Source: an uncultured Bacilli bacterium (GTDB lineage: Bacteria; Bacillota_I; Bacilli_A; Izemoplasmatales; UBA1188). From it: a DNA stretch of 64,000 nucleotides. The notes under the pieces were generated by a model. The model had not been told where the DNA came from. It did no database searches and was given only the letters and a program-made list of their open reading frames with translations. The translations under genes and the position numbers were made by a program. How positions within the stretch are numbered: the first letter of the stretch is position 1; every line of letters begins with the position of its first letter. Where the stretch lies: NCBI GenBank assembly GCA_905235635.1, contig CAJOMC010000001.1:22948-86947 (forward strand), given 5' to 3'. Shown here in pieces: positions 8,037-18,152 of this stretch.

Positions 8037-9005
8037 ATGAGAGAAATCAAACTAGATAAATATCCAAACTATTCTGAATCATTCAATATTAATAATATTT
8101 TTGGCGCAAAGGATAGAAACCTAAAGGTTATATCCTCTTTTTATGGTATAAAGGCATCCCTTACTCCTAGCTCATTATTTATTGAGACAGACGATGCTGA
8201 ACTTTCAGACAAAATAGAGAATCTTCTAGATCTATTATTTGAAATTAGTAATTCGGGTGTAGTTCTTACAACAAGAGATATAGTTTATATATTGAGGTCA
8301 TTTGATGAAGTTGATAAGGACTCAATTTACAATTTCTATGTTTCTAAAAGAGAAGAAATTGTGAGGACATATCTTGGTAAACCAATTTATCCTAAAACAA
8401 TATCTCAAGTAAAACTTCTTGAAGAACTAAATAAGAATGAAATTATTATCACATATGGTGTTGCGGGTGTAGGAAAAACATTTATCGCACTATGTGACGC
8501 GATTAAAGAATTTAAAGCTGGACACTATAAAAAGATTATTCTTTCAAGACCTGTAGTTGAGGCCGGAGAATCTCTTGGCTATCTTCCCGGCGATTTAAAA
8601 GAGAAGATTGATCCATATCTTGTTCCATTATATGATGTCTTATATGATGTTATGGGCAAAAAGACAGCTACTAGTTTAATTGAAGAAGGCGTAATAGAAA
8701 TTGCACCACTCGCTTATATGAGAGGTAGAACTCTTGAATCATCATATGTAATACTAGACGAGGCACAAAATGCCACAATCTCTCAGATTAAACTTTTCCT
8801 CACAAGATTAGGCTTTAATTCTAAAATGGTTATAACTGGTGATATCACACAGATAGATTTAATAAACCCAAATAAATCTGGGCTTAAGTATGCCATTGAT
8901 AGGCTAGACGGAATAGAACAAATCAAGATCTTTCCGTTCACTTTAAGAGACGTGGTTAGAAATCCACTTGTCGAAAAGATTATTATGAGGTTATCTGATG
9001 ATTAA
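8037..9005 (+). CDS. phoH: PhoH family ATPase
   Basis: GVAGVGKT, LSRPVVEAGESLGYLPGDLKEK, APLAYMRGRT, LDEAQN, FLTRLG, GDITQIDL. Confidence 0.95.
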   Translation: MREIKLDKYPNYSESFNINNIFGAKDRNLKVISSFYGIKASLTPSSLFIETDDAELSDKIENLLDLLFEISNSGVVLTTRDIVYILRSFDEVDKDSIYNFYVSKREEIVRTYLGKPIYPKTISQVKLLEELNKNEIIITYGVAGVGKTFIALCDAIKEFKAGHYKKIILSRPVVEAGESLGYLPGDLKEKIDPYLVPLYDVLYDVMGKKTATSLIEEGVIEIAPLAYMRGRTLESSYVILDEAQNATISQIKLFLTRLGFNSKMVITGDITQIDLINPNKSGLKYAIDRLDGIEQIKIFPFTLRDVVRNPLVEKIIMRLSDD

Positions 9006-9426
9006 ACTGAATATTATTAATGAAACTGATTATGTCATAGATGCTAAATTGCTAAAGAAAATTGCGAAAACTGCATCTTTTGAACTCTCAATAAGAGAAA
9101 AGTTATTTCTAAATGTTTTATTTACTAGTAACAACACTATACACGACTATAACCTTAAATATAGAAATATCGATTCAGAAACTGATGTATTATCTTTCCC
9201 TTCAGATGAAAAAAGAGAACTAGGTGACATCATCATCTCTATCGAAAAGGCTCGCTCTCAAGCTAAGGAATACAACCACTCCCTTAAAAGAGAGATATCA
9301 TTCTTATTAATTCATGGAATACTCCATTGTATGGGTTATGACCATTCAACAAAAGAAGAAGAAACTATAATGTTTAATCTTCAAGAAAAAATATTAGAAA
9401 AGGCAGGTATCACAAGAAATGACTGA
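8998..9426 (+). CDS. ybeY: rRNA maturation endoribonuclease YbeY
   Basis: TDVLSFP, LGDIIIS, HGILHCMGYDH. Confidence 0.95.
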   Translation: MIKLNIINETDYVIDAKLLKKIAKTASFELSIREKLFLNVLFTSNNTIHDYNLKYRNIDSETDVLSFPSDEKRELGDIIISIEKARSQAKEYNHSLKREISFLLIHGILHCMGYDHSTKEEETIMFNLQEKILEKAGITRND

Positions 9427-9817
9427 AAAAGAATTATTATTTGATAAAGCGAAGAAGGATTCTATTAATTCATATTCTCCATATTCTCACTATATTGTGA
9501 GTGCATCTATTCTCCATAAGGATGGAACCATCATAAGCGGGCAAAATATTGAGAATGCTTCATATGGTTTAACAATGTGCGCTGAGCGCATTGCCCTCTT
9601 TAAATCACGTAGTATGGGATATAAAAATGATGATATTGTTTCGCTTCTTATTTATACACCTATTAAAGACTCTAAACCATATCCTTGTGGTGCATGTAGG
9701 CAAGTGATGGTAGAACTTATGAATATGGATAGTACTATCTATATCGCAAATGATGATTTAATAGAAGAACATAAAGTTTCTGATTTTATGCCTTTTAGTT
9801 GGGAGCTTAAACAATGA
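9419..9817 (+). CDS. cdd: Cytidine deaminase
   Basis: YSPYS, NIENASYGLTMCAER, PCGACRQ. Confidence 0.95.
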   Translation: MTEKELLFDKAKKDSINSYSPYSHYIVSASILHKDGTIISGQNIENASYGLTMCAERIALFKSRSMGYKNDDIVSLLIYTPIKDSKPYPCGACRQVMVELMNMDSTIYIANDDLIEEHKVSDFMPFSWELKQ

Positions 9818-10704
9818 AGTATGGAACTGTTGCACTAATAGGCAAGTGCTCAGTAGGCAAATCCACCTTTATTAATCAGATCCTTAAGATAAAGTTATCT
9901 ATCACATCAGCTAAAGTTCAAACCACAAGGAATTTGATTACTGGTATATACAATGATGATGAAGCTCAAATAGTTATCTATGATACTCCTGGTATCTTTA
10001 AATCATTTAATATGATGAATAAAGAAATGGCTAAAGCCACAAGAAGGTGTCTCTCTAACGCTGATTTAGTTCTATTTATCATTAATTCATACGATAGATT
10101 AAATAAGATAGATAGAGATATCATGGATAACTTTAAAAGACAAAATCTTAAAGTTATGCTTGTGGTAAATAAGAGTGATTTAATAACTGATGAAGATGAT
10201 TTTAGGTCAAGAATAAAGGAATATAAGGATTATTATCCTTTTGTGGATGCAGTTTGCATTAGTTCCCTTCATGGAACTTTTATCGATAATATCATAGAGG
10301 ATATTAAATCCTATATGAGTGATGGAGATGCTTTATATGATGAAGAACTCTTTACCACAGAACCCACAAGATTTCTTATTCAGGAGTATGTAAGAGAAAA
10401 AGTGATCGAACATACCGAAGAAGAAATACCTCATTCTATCACTTGTTTGGTAGAAACCTGGGAAGAAACTGATAACTTAGTAAAAATAGGCGCATCCATC
10501 ATTTGTGAAAAAAATGGCCAAAAAGCTATCATAATAGGCAAAGGTGGAAAAATGATTAAAACCATTGGAACTGAGGCAAGACGTGATATAGAAGAACTTC
10601 TTGGAGTTAAAGTTTTTCTTGATTTATTTGTGAAAGTTAAGGAAGATTGGCGTAACAAAGAAAATTATTTAAAATTATACGGATTATATAACGGCGATGA
10701 CTAA
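9814..10704 (+). CDS. era: GTPase Era
   Basis: GKCSVGKST, QTTR, DTPG, NKSD, KH domain IIIGKGG...IG..AR.DIE. Confidence 0.95.
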   Translation: MKYGTVALIGKCSVGKSTFINQILKIKLSITSAKVQTTRNLITGIYNDDEAQIVIYDTPGIFKSFNMMNKEMAKATRRCLSNADLVLFIINSYDRLNKIDRDIMDNFKRQNLKVMLVVNKSDLITDEDDFRSRIKEYKDYYPFVDAVCISSLHGTFIDNIIEDIKSYMSDGDALYDEELFTTEPTRFLIQEYVREKVIEHTEEEIPHSITCLVETWEETDNLVKIGASIICEKNGQKAIIIGKGGKMIKTIGTEARRDIEELLGVKVFLDLFVKVKEDWRNKENYLKLYGLYNGDD

Positions 10705-11314
10705 TGGTATTGTGCTTAAAAGACATGACTATGAAGAATCATCTATCATTATGTCTATCTTAACTGAAAAAGGTATAGAAAGTGTAATGGCTAAATATGT
10801 AAAAAAAAGTAATAAACAGTATTTGCCTTTAACGGAGCCATTAACTGAAATATCATATATTGCAACTAAATCAGGTGATTTCTATTATTTAAAAAGTGGA
10901 GAGTTAATAAATCCTTATAAGAATACTAAGGAAGAATTAAATAGAATTTGCTTATCAAATGTGGTACTAGAGTATTCTTATCTCTTAAATGATGCGATTA
11001 CAAATAAGAAATCTTACTATGATTTAGTGCTACTTAGTCTTTCGTTAATCGATGAATCAAAAGACCCGGAAGATAGCCTTTTTAGGTACCTAATTCTTCT
11101 CACAAAGGTATTAGGTATAAGCCTTAAAAAAGACTATATTATTGAAACATACAATTTATCAAACGAGTGTATGGAATCTATTAACGATATATTTAGTGGA
11201 GAAAAGCCTAGATATCGAAAAGATTTAAGATTATTTTTAAGAGCCTATTTTGATAAAGAAATGGGCGTAAAGCCTAAAAGCTTTGATTTTTATTTAAATA
11301 TTTATAGTGAGTAG
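10697..11314 (+). CDS. recO: DNA repair protein RecO (short form)
   Basis: N-terminal GIVLKRHDYEE...ILTEKG OB-fold start; canonical position after era. Confidence 0.8.
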   Translation: MTNGIVLKRHDYEESSIIMSILTEKGIESVMAKYVKKSNKQYLPLTEPLTEISYIATKSGDFYYLKSGELINPYKNTKEELNRICLSNVVLEYSYLLNDAITNKKSYYDLVLLSLSLIDESKDPEDSLFRYLILLTKVLGISLKKDYIIETYNLSNECMESINDIFSGEKPRYRKDLRLFLRAYFDKEMGVKPKSFDFYLNIYSE

Positions 11315-11325
11315 GAGAAAGTATT

Positions 11326-12690
11326 ATGACATTAGAAGAATTAGTAAGCTATGCGAATAGATATGGTTTCGTCTTCCCTGGAAGTGAAATATATGGTGGA
11401 CTCGCAAATTCATGGGATTATGGTCCTCTTGGAACACTAATGTGTGAAAACATTAGAAAGGCATGGTTTAAGAAATTTATTGATGAATCAAAAAATAATG
11501 TAAGACTCGATTCACCAATTATAGTAAATCCACGCGTTTGGGAGGCATCTGGCCATCTAAAGAGTTTCAATGACCCAAAGGTTGACTGTGTAGCTTGTAA
11601 GAATAGATTTAGGGCAGATAAACTTATTGAAGATTCACTAGGTATTGATGCGGATGGTATGACACTTGATCAAATCGATAAACTAATTGAAGATAATAAT
11701 ATTAAGTGTCCATCATGTGGTGCACATGATTTTACAAAGGCAAGGACATTTAGTTTAATGTATAAAACATCTCAAGGTGTAGTTGAAGACTCTTCATCAA
11801 CTGTTTACTTAAGACCTGAAACTTGCCAAGGCATCTATATTGATTTTAAAAATGTTCAACGTGCTATGCGCAAGAAGATTCCTTTTGGAATAGGTCAAAA
11901 CGGAAAAGCTTTTAGAAACGAGATTACTCCTGGCAACTTCCTTTTTAGAGTAAGAGAATTTGATCAATGTGAACTTGAGTTTTTCTGCAAACCAGGTACA
12001 GAAAATGAATGGTTTGAGTATTATAAAGATTTTTGTGTTAACTTCCTTAAAGAATTAGGTTTAAAAGATGAAAATTTAAAGTTATATGATCATCCAAAAG
12101 AGAAACTTGCTTTCTATTCAAAAGGTACAACCGACATCCTCTTTAATTATCCTTGGGGATTTGATGAATTATGGGGAATAGCTTCAAGAAGTGACTATGA
12201 TTTATCTAAGCATATAGAATATAGTAAACAAGATTTAACCTATCTTGACCCTGAAACAAACGAAAGATATGTACCATATGTTGTTGAACCATCTGTCGGA
12301 GTAGGTAGACTCTTCCTTGCTTTTTTACTTAATGCATATGAGAATGAAACACTTTTAAATGGTGATACAAGAGAAGTACTTCATATTCATCCATATCTTG
12401 CGCCTTATAAGGCTGTAGTACTTCCATTAATTAAAAAAACACATAGTGAAAAAGCTCTTGAAATATTCAAACTATTATCTGAGGAATTTATTGTGTCATA
12501 TGATGACACTCAAGCTATAGGTAAACGTTATAGAAGAGCGGATGCGATTGGTACACCTTTTGCGGTTACTATAGATGACGACACTTTAGAAAATGGCAAT
12601 GTAACTATAAGAAATAGAGATACAATGCTACAAGATGTAGTAAAAGTATCAGAATTAAAAGACTATCTAAGAGGTAAATTAAAGTATTAA
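11326..12690 (+). CDS. glyQS: Glycine--tRNA ligase, homodimeric (alpha2) type
   Basis: SEIYGG...WDYGPLG, YLRPETCQG, FRNEITP.NF.FRVREF, EPSVGVGR, IGKRYRR.D.IGTP. Confidence 0.97.
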   Translation: MTLEELVSYANRYGFVFPGSEIYGGLANSWDYGPLGTLMCENIRKAWFKKFIDESKNNVRLDSPIIVNPRVWEASGHLKSFNDPKVDCVACKNRFRADKLIEDSLGIDADGMTLDQIDKLIEDNNIKCPSCGAHDFTKARTFSLMYKTSQGVVEDSSSTVYLRPETCQGIYIDFKNVQRAMRKKIPFGIGQNGKAFRNEITPGNFLFRVREFDQCELEFFCKPGTENEWFEYYKDFCVNFLKELGLKDENLKLYDHPKEKLAFYSKGTTDILFNYPWGFDELWGIASRSDYDLSKHIEYSKQDLTYLDPETNERYVPYVVEPSVGVGRLFLAFLLNAYENETLLNGDTREVLHIHPYLAPYKAVVLPLIKKTHSEKALEIFKLLSEEFIVSYDDTQAIGKRYRRADAIGTPFAVTIDDDTLENGNVTIRNRDTMLQDVVKVSELKDYLRGKLKY

Positions 12691-14453
12691 TGGCTACTAA
12701 CATTTTTGAAAAAGTAAATGAAAATGTTGATATTGTAGACGTAGTAAGAGAATACGTCACCTTGGAACAAAAAGGCAAAAACCTTTTTGGTATTTGTCCA
12801 TTCCATGATGACAACAACCCATCCATGAGTGTATCAAGAGAAAAAGGCATCTTTTATTGCTTTACCTGTAAGATGGGTGGCAATGCTATTAAATTCATTC
12901 AAGAATATAAACATATGTCACCATATGATGCAGCACTCTTCCTCGCAAGACAATATCATATAGATGTTAGTGAATTTGTAAATAATAGTGGAGAAAAAAC
13001 ATCCACAAAAAGATATTATGATTTAATGTCTACAACGCAAAGATTCTATTCCTATCTTATGAATAATGTAGAGTATTCTAAAGAGGCAAGGGAGTATCTA
13101 TCTAATAGAGGCATAAATGATAATATAATTAAAGATTTTAATATAGGTTTATCTCCAAGAGATGGAGAAGGTTTAAGAAAGACTATGCTTTCTAAAAACT
13201 TCCTTGATACAGACTTATCAATTTTAGGACTTACAAGTTCCGATAAAGACATATTTGTTGATAGAGTAATGGTTCCAATAAAAGATGAAATGGGAAGAGC
13301 AATTGCCTTTGGTGGAAGAATTTATAAGAAGGATTCTACTCAAGCTAAGTATATTAACTCAAAGGAAACACCTATATTTAAGAAAGGGGAAGTTGTCTTT
13401 AACATTGATAGAGCATCAAAAGATAGGTCGAAGAATTACCTTATCTTAAATGAGGGTTATATGGACGTTATTCAATCAGCATCACACGGTATAGATAACG
13501 CGATAGCTCTAATGGGTACATCAATCACTAAGGAACAAGTACAAACAATCAAGAAATATACTAATAAAGTCGCAATATGTCTTGATGGTGATATGCCTGG
13601 TATGGAAGGTGTTAAAGCTATTATTAGAGAATTTGACCTCGCAAAAATAGAATACACAATTACTATCCTTCCAAATGATATGGATCCAGATGAAGTTTTG
13701 AGAAAACATGGTAAGGATTTCTATCTAGATTTAATCGAAAACAAAAAATTAGATAAAATTGGCTATTACTATGAACTAACCAAAAGAAGATATGGAGAAT
13801 TGAATATATTTAATATTGATACCTTTAAACAAGATATCTTTAGACAAATTAAAGATATTAATAGTAAAACTGCCCTTGAGGCCTATCTTAGAAGATTATC
13901 TATGGATTTAAAAGTATCATTTGAATCTCTCTCACAAGATTTTAAAACTTTTATCTATCAGGAAAATAATGGTGGAACAAGTAAAAAATATGATCAATCT
14001 AGAAGGGATAATCCTTTTATTGTTAAGTCAAAGATTAGAAGTGCAGAAGAACTCGTTATCTCTTATTCAATTGAATCTAAAGAATTTTATGATTTGATTG
14101 TATATAAAATGTCATCAAAATTATTCCTTAAATCAAAAGATTTAAGAGAAGAATTTATATTTATCGGTGACCTATACACAATAAATAAAAATATCACAAA
14201 AGACGAAATTCTTAAGGAATTAAGTCTTAAGAATTATCCGATAATTCCATCAAATAAAACTGAATTTTCAACACTTGATTTAGTTGATAATGTTTTAAAG
14301 ACGTATCATGAATATGAAATAGATGAAGAATTAGAAGAACTAAAAGAACTATTAAAGAGTCCATCGAAAGATATCAATAAGGATGAAATAATCAAACGTC
14401 AGATGGACTTACTTAAAGAGAAAAAAACTCTTAAAGAATCAAAGAGAAAGTAG
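12690..14453 (+). CDS. dnaG: DNA primase
   Basis: CPFHDDNNPS...CFTC zinc finger, KYINSKET, EGYMDV, DGD TOPRIM motif. Confidence 0.97.
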   Translation: MATNIFEKVNENVDIVDVVREYVTLEQKGKNLFGICPFHDDNNPSMSVSREKGIFYCFTCKMGGNAIKFIQEYKHMSPYDAALFLARQYHIDVSEFVNNSGEKTSTKRYYDLMSTTQRFYSYLMNNVEYSKEAREYLSNRGINDNIIKDFNIGLSPRDGEGLRKTMLSKNFLDTDLSILGLTSSDKDIFVDRVMVPIKDEMGRAIAFGGRIYKKDSTQAKYINSKETPIFKKGEVVFNIDRASKDRSKNYLILNEGYMDVIQSASHGIDNAIALMGTSITKEQVQTIKKYTNKVAICLDGDMPGMEGVKAIIREFDLAKIEYTITILPNDMDPDEVLRKHGKDFYLDLIENKKLDKIGYYYELTKRRYGELNIFNIDTFKQDIFRQIKDINSKTALEAYLRRLSMDLKVSFESLSQDFKTFIYQENNGGTSKKYDQSRRDNPFIVKSKIRSAEELVISYSIESKEFYDLIVYKMSSKLFLKSKDLREEFIFIGDLYTINKNITKDEILKELSLKNYPIIPSNKTEFSTLDLVDNVLKTYHEYEIDEELEELKELLKSPSKDINKDEIIKRQMDLLKEKKTLKESKRK

Positions 14454-14462
14454 GAGGAAAGT

Positions 14463-15968
14463 ATGCCTAGAATGAAAGGAAATATTGACGAGAAAAAAAC
14501 TCTCGCTAAGGAATTATTAAATAAAGCGAAAAATCAGGGATATATTGATCTATTCGAATTAGATCAAGCCTTTGATTCATCAGATAAAATTAGAATTGAA
14601 CTTCAAAAAACTCTCGCAAAAAACAATATCGAGATTAGAACTATGGGCGATTCACCTTTTGATGAACCAGTAATTGATGTGAGTCTTGATACCGATGTTA
14701 TAAAAGAAGGGGAGGAATCGAAAAAAGTAGATTTATCATTTCTTAATACTGAAGCCTCACCAAAAAGAAAAAGAGGTCGTCCAAGAAAGACGGAATCTAA
14801 AAATTCTTTATTTGATGATGAAGATGATTTGGATAAAAGAGGTGAAGATGAAGAAGATGAATCATCTGAAGATATAGTGGACTATATTGATCTAGAAGCC
14901 GAAGAAGACGAGGAAGAAGAAAGAAGATTAATCGAAATGGATGAAGACGATTCTTCTTACTATGAACTTGAAGAAGATCTTGATTTTGATGATGACAGTT
15001 TAGATGATTTTCTTAATGTGCATACTTCATCTAAACAAAAAATTACTGATGAAAACTCAGTAAGAATGTATCTAAAAGAAATAGGTCAAATTCCACTTTT
15101 ATCTGTTGAAAGAGAGCGTGAAATTGCGAAAACTATTTATGAAGCAAAGGTAAAAGAGGATGAATTTAACGAAAAAACCTTAAACGGCTACGTTCCAACT
15201 CAAGAAGAAATTGAAGAAATTAATAGAATTAGATTTGAAGGCGATCAAGCTAAAATGATTTTAACTGAATCAAATTTAAGACTTGTTATTCATATCGCTA
15301 AAAACTTCAACACCACCAGTATGGATTTCGCAGACTTAATTCAAGAAGGCTCACAAGGTTTAATGAAAGCTGTGGATAAATTTGACTATACAAGAGGTAA
15401 TAAGTTCTCAACCTATGCAACAGGCTGGATCAAACAAGCTATCACGAGAGCGATTGCCGATCAGGCAAGAACTATACGTATCCCTGTTCATATGAATGAA
15501 ACTATCAATAAACTAAATAAAAAAGAAAGGGAATTAACTCAATCTCTTGGTCGTCGTCCTACAATTGAAGAATTAGCTGAAGCTATGGACATTAAACCTG
15601 ATAAGATTTCAATGATTAAGCGTGTATCTCAAAAGACTAAATCTTTAGAAGATACTGTAGGTGAAGAAGAAGATTCAACATATGGTGATTTTATTCCTGA
15701 TATGGATAACCCAAATCCGGAAGAATACACAATGAATGAAGCTTTAAAAGCTGAACTTGATAATCTTCTTGGAAACCTATCTGATAGGGAAGAAAGAGTT
15801 ATTAAGCTTAGATTTGGTTTAATTGATGGACGTACTAGAACCCTTGAAGAAGTCGGAAGAGAATATGGAATCACAAGAGAACGTATAAGACAAATTGAAG
15901 CTAAAGCTTTAAGAAAACTTAGACATCCATCTAAATCAAATAAACTAAAAGATTTTATTAAACAATGA
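14463..15968 (+). CDS. rpoD: Primary RNA polymerase sigma factor (RpoD/SigA) with a long acidic linker
   Basis: [10 protein letters not shown] (1.2), NLRLV (2.1), [24 protein letters not shown]...[17 protein letters not shown] (4.2). Confidence 0.97.
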   Translation: MPRMKGNIDEKKTLAKELLNKAKNQGYIDLFELDQAFDSSDKIRIELQKTLAKNNIEIRTMGDSPFDEPVIDVSLDTDVIKEGEESKKVDLSFLNTEASPKRKRGRPRKTESKNSLFDDEDDLDKRGEDEEDESSEDIVDYIDLEAEEDEEEERRLIEMDEDDSSYYELEEDLDFDDDSLDDFLNVHTSSKQKITDENSVRMYLKEIGQIPLLSVEREREIAKTIYEAKVKEDEFNEKTLNGYVPTQEEIEEINRIRFEGDQAKMILTESNLRLVIHIAKNFNTTSMDFADLIQEGSQGLMKAVDKFDYTRGNKFSTYATGWIKQAITRAIADQARTIRIPVHMNETINKLNKKERELTQSLGRRPTIEELAEAMDIKPDKISMIKRVSQKTKSLEDTVGEEEDSTYGDFIPDMDNPNPEEYTMNEALKAELDNLLGNLSDREERVIKLRFGLIDGRTRTLEEVGREYGITRERIRQIEAKALRKLRHPSKSNKLKDFIKQ

Positions 15969-16621
15969 GATTATCTAAAAGATTAAAGGCAATAAGCGGT
16001 TTAATAGACAAAGATTCTATAGTTTTAGATATAGGGTGTGACCACGCCTATCTTTCAATTGATTTAATAAATTCACATAAATCAACTAAAGTATACGCAA
16101 TAGATAATAAAGAAGCGCCTCTTCTTGAGGCAAAAAAGAATATTAAAGATTTTAATCTAGAATCAAAAATAATCCCTATTTTAAGCGATGGGTTAATGAA
16201 TGTTAATGTTCATGATTACACACACATTGTAATGGCGGGACTCGGTGGAGAATTAATCGCAAATATCCTAAAAAGAGACACAATTAAAGATGATGTAACA
16301 TTAATACTTGAACCTAATATTAACGCTTACGCTGTAAGAGAAGCACTTGTTTCACTTTCATATAGTATTATTAATGAAGTTATGGTGCTTGACTCAAATG
16401 TTTATTATCCCATTATCGTGGCAAGAAAAGAGAGCATATTACCTAACTATTCTTTCACCGAATTAAATTTTGGTCCAATTCTCATTAAAACTAAATCCAA
16501 AGAACTAAAAGGATATCTAGAAAGAAAAATATCGATCCTAGAATCTAAAAATACCGCAAATAATATCGCTTTAACTAATAAAATTAACTTCTATAAGGAG
16601 GCATTAAATGAAATCAAGTGA
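15965..16621 (+). CDS. trmK: tRNA (adenine22-N1)-methyltransferase TrmK
   Basis: [24 protein letters not shown]; canonical position after rpoD. Confidence 0.92.
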   Translation: MRLSKRLKAISGLIDKDSIVLDIGCDHAYLSIDLINSHKSTKVYAIDNKEAPLLEAKKNIKDFNLESKIIPILSDGLMNVNVHDYTHIVMAGLGGELIANILKRDTIKDDVTLILEPNINAYAVREALVSLSYSIINEVMVLDSNVYYPIIVARKESILPNYSFTELNFGPILIKTKSKELKGYLERKISILESKNTANNIALTNKINFYKEALNEIK

Positions 16622-17366
16622 TGTGATGAACTATTTAGATCAACTCTATCCACAATATCTTAAGGCATCTTATGATAATGTTGGATTAATGATTGGTTCA
16701 AAAAATAAAGAAGTAAAAAGGATTTATCTTTGTCTTGATTTAACAAGAGAAGAGATGAATGAAGCTCTAAAATACAATGCTGATATGATTATCACCCATC
16801 ATCCATTACTTTTCCATCCTCTTTATAGTATTGATTTAGATAATGATCCTGGTTCCATTATCAAGGATTTGGTTATTCATAATATTCCTTTATATGCAAT
16901 GCATACTAACTTTGATACAGTTAGAATGAATGATTTTTTAGGTAAGAAACTTGGATTAAAAGATTTATCTCTATTAAGTGAAAAGGAAAACTGTGGCGTA
17001 GTTGGCACAATTAATCCAATGAATCTTAAAGATTTTATTAATCTTGTAAAAAAAGAATTTGAATTAAAAGAAGTTAGCTATGTAGGAGATTCAGATGTAG
17101 TAATCGAGACTGTTGGTTTAACCGCAGGAAGCGGTTCATCAATGATGGTAGATGCGTTTCTTAAGAATGTTGATATCTTCTTAACCGGTGATTTAAGCTA
17201 TTCAAGAGCGATTGAAGCAAAAAGAATGCATCTTAATGTTTTAAATATTCCTCATTATGTTGAACACCTCTATACTAAAGCTGCAAAAGAAGATTTACTA
17301 AAACTAGACAATACACTTGATGTTATTGAATCTAGTTTCGACTCTGACCCATTCAAAATTTATTAG
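16608..17366 (+). CDS. Nif3-like dinuclear metal centre protein
   Basis: DNVGL, LDLT, ITHHP, MHTNFD, TGD, HYVE. Confidence 0.92.
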   Translation: MKSSDVMNYLDQLYPQYLKASYDNVGLMIGSKNKEVKRIYLCLDLTREEMNEALKYNADMIITHHPLLFHPLYSIDLDNDPGSIIKDLVIHNIPLYAMHTNFDTVRMNDFLGKKLGLKDLSLLSEKENCGVVGTINPMNLKDFINLVKKEFELKEVSYVGDSDVVIETVGLTAGSGSSMMVDAFLKNVDIFLTGDLSYSRAIEAKRMHLNVLNIPHYVEHLYTKAAKEDLLKLDNTLDVIESSFDSDPFKIY

Positions 17367-17374
17367 GAGATAAT

Positions 17375-18151
17375 ATGGAAAACGACAATATTGATATTAG
17401 AAATAGAGAACTAATTAAAAGTATTAAGGAAACTGATGATATAAATAAGATTAATGAATTGTTTGTTGAGCTTGTGTCACTAAATCAAGGCTTAATCACT
17501 AGTGTTGTGAGCCTTTTTAATTCTACTAATGTAGGAAATGATGAGCTTATGCAGGAGGGTTATTTATCTTTTTTTGAAGCGATTAACCATTTTAATCTTG
17601 ATTCTGATACTAAGTTTTCGACATACGCATATAGGTCTATGAAAACAGCTATAAATAGATATGTAAATAAGGTAAAAACAACAATTACTATACCTGAACA
17701 TATCACAAAGACTTTAAACGATATTCAAGATGCCGAAAGAAGACTAAAGGCCGAACTTAAAAGAAACCCTTCTAATAAAGAAGTCGCTAGCATTTTAAAG
17801 ATTACAGAAGAAGAATTAACAAATTTTAGAAACTATGCAATCCATATATTAGATTATAATGAGTCCAATAAAGATGGCACGAATACATTACTCGCAGATA
17901 TAGTTGATCAAAGCTCTAAGACACCTGAAGATCAACTAATAGATGAAGAAATTAAAGAAGAAATTGATGAATATTTTGATTTATTATCAGACCAAGAAAA
18001 GGACATGATTAATCGCTCGTTTGGTTTAAATGGTTTTGTTAAACAAACTAATAAAGAAATAGGTAAACTCTATCATATTACAGGCGAGGCTGTAAGGCAG
18101 AGAGTACAAGTAGCATTAAATAAGATGAGAAAGGCTATGAATGGTGAATAA
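17375..18151 (+). CDS. Alternative sigma-70 family factor (regions 2, 3, 4; RpoD/SigB-like)
   Basis: ELMQEG, FSTYA, TIPEH, RNPS..EVA (region 3), LSDQEK...FGL...TNKEIG..YHITGEAVRQ (region 4). Confidence 0.88.
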   Translation: MENDNIDIRNRELIKSIKETDDINKINELFVELVSLNQGLITSVVSLFNSTNVGNDELMQEGYLSFFEAINHFNLDSDTKFSTYAYRSMKTAINRYVNKVKTTITIPEHITKTLNDIQDAERRLKAELKRNPSNKEVASILKITEEELTNFRNYAIHILDYNESNKDGTNTLLADIVDQSSKTPEDQLIDEEIKEEIDEYFDLLSDQEKDMINRSFGLNGFVKQTNKEIGKLYHITGEAVRQRVQVALNKMRKAMNGE

Positions 18152-18152
18152 G

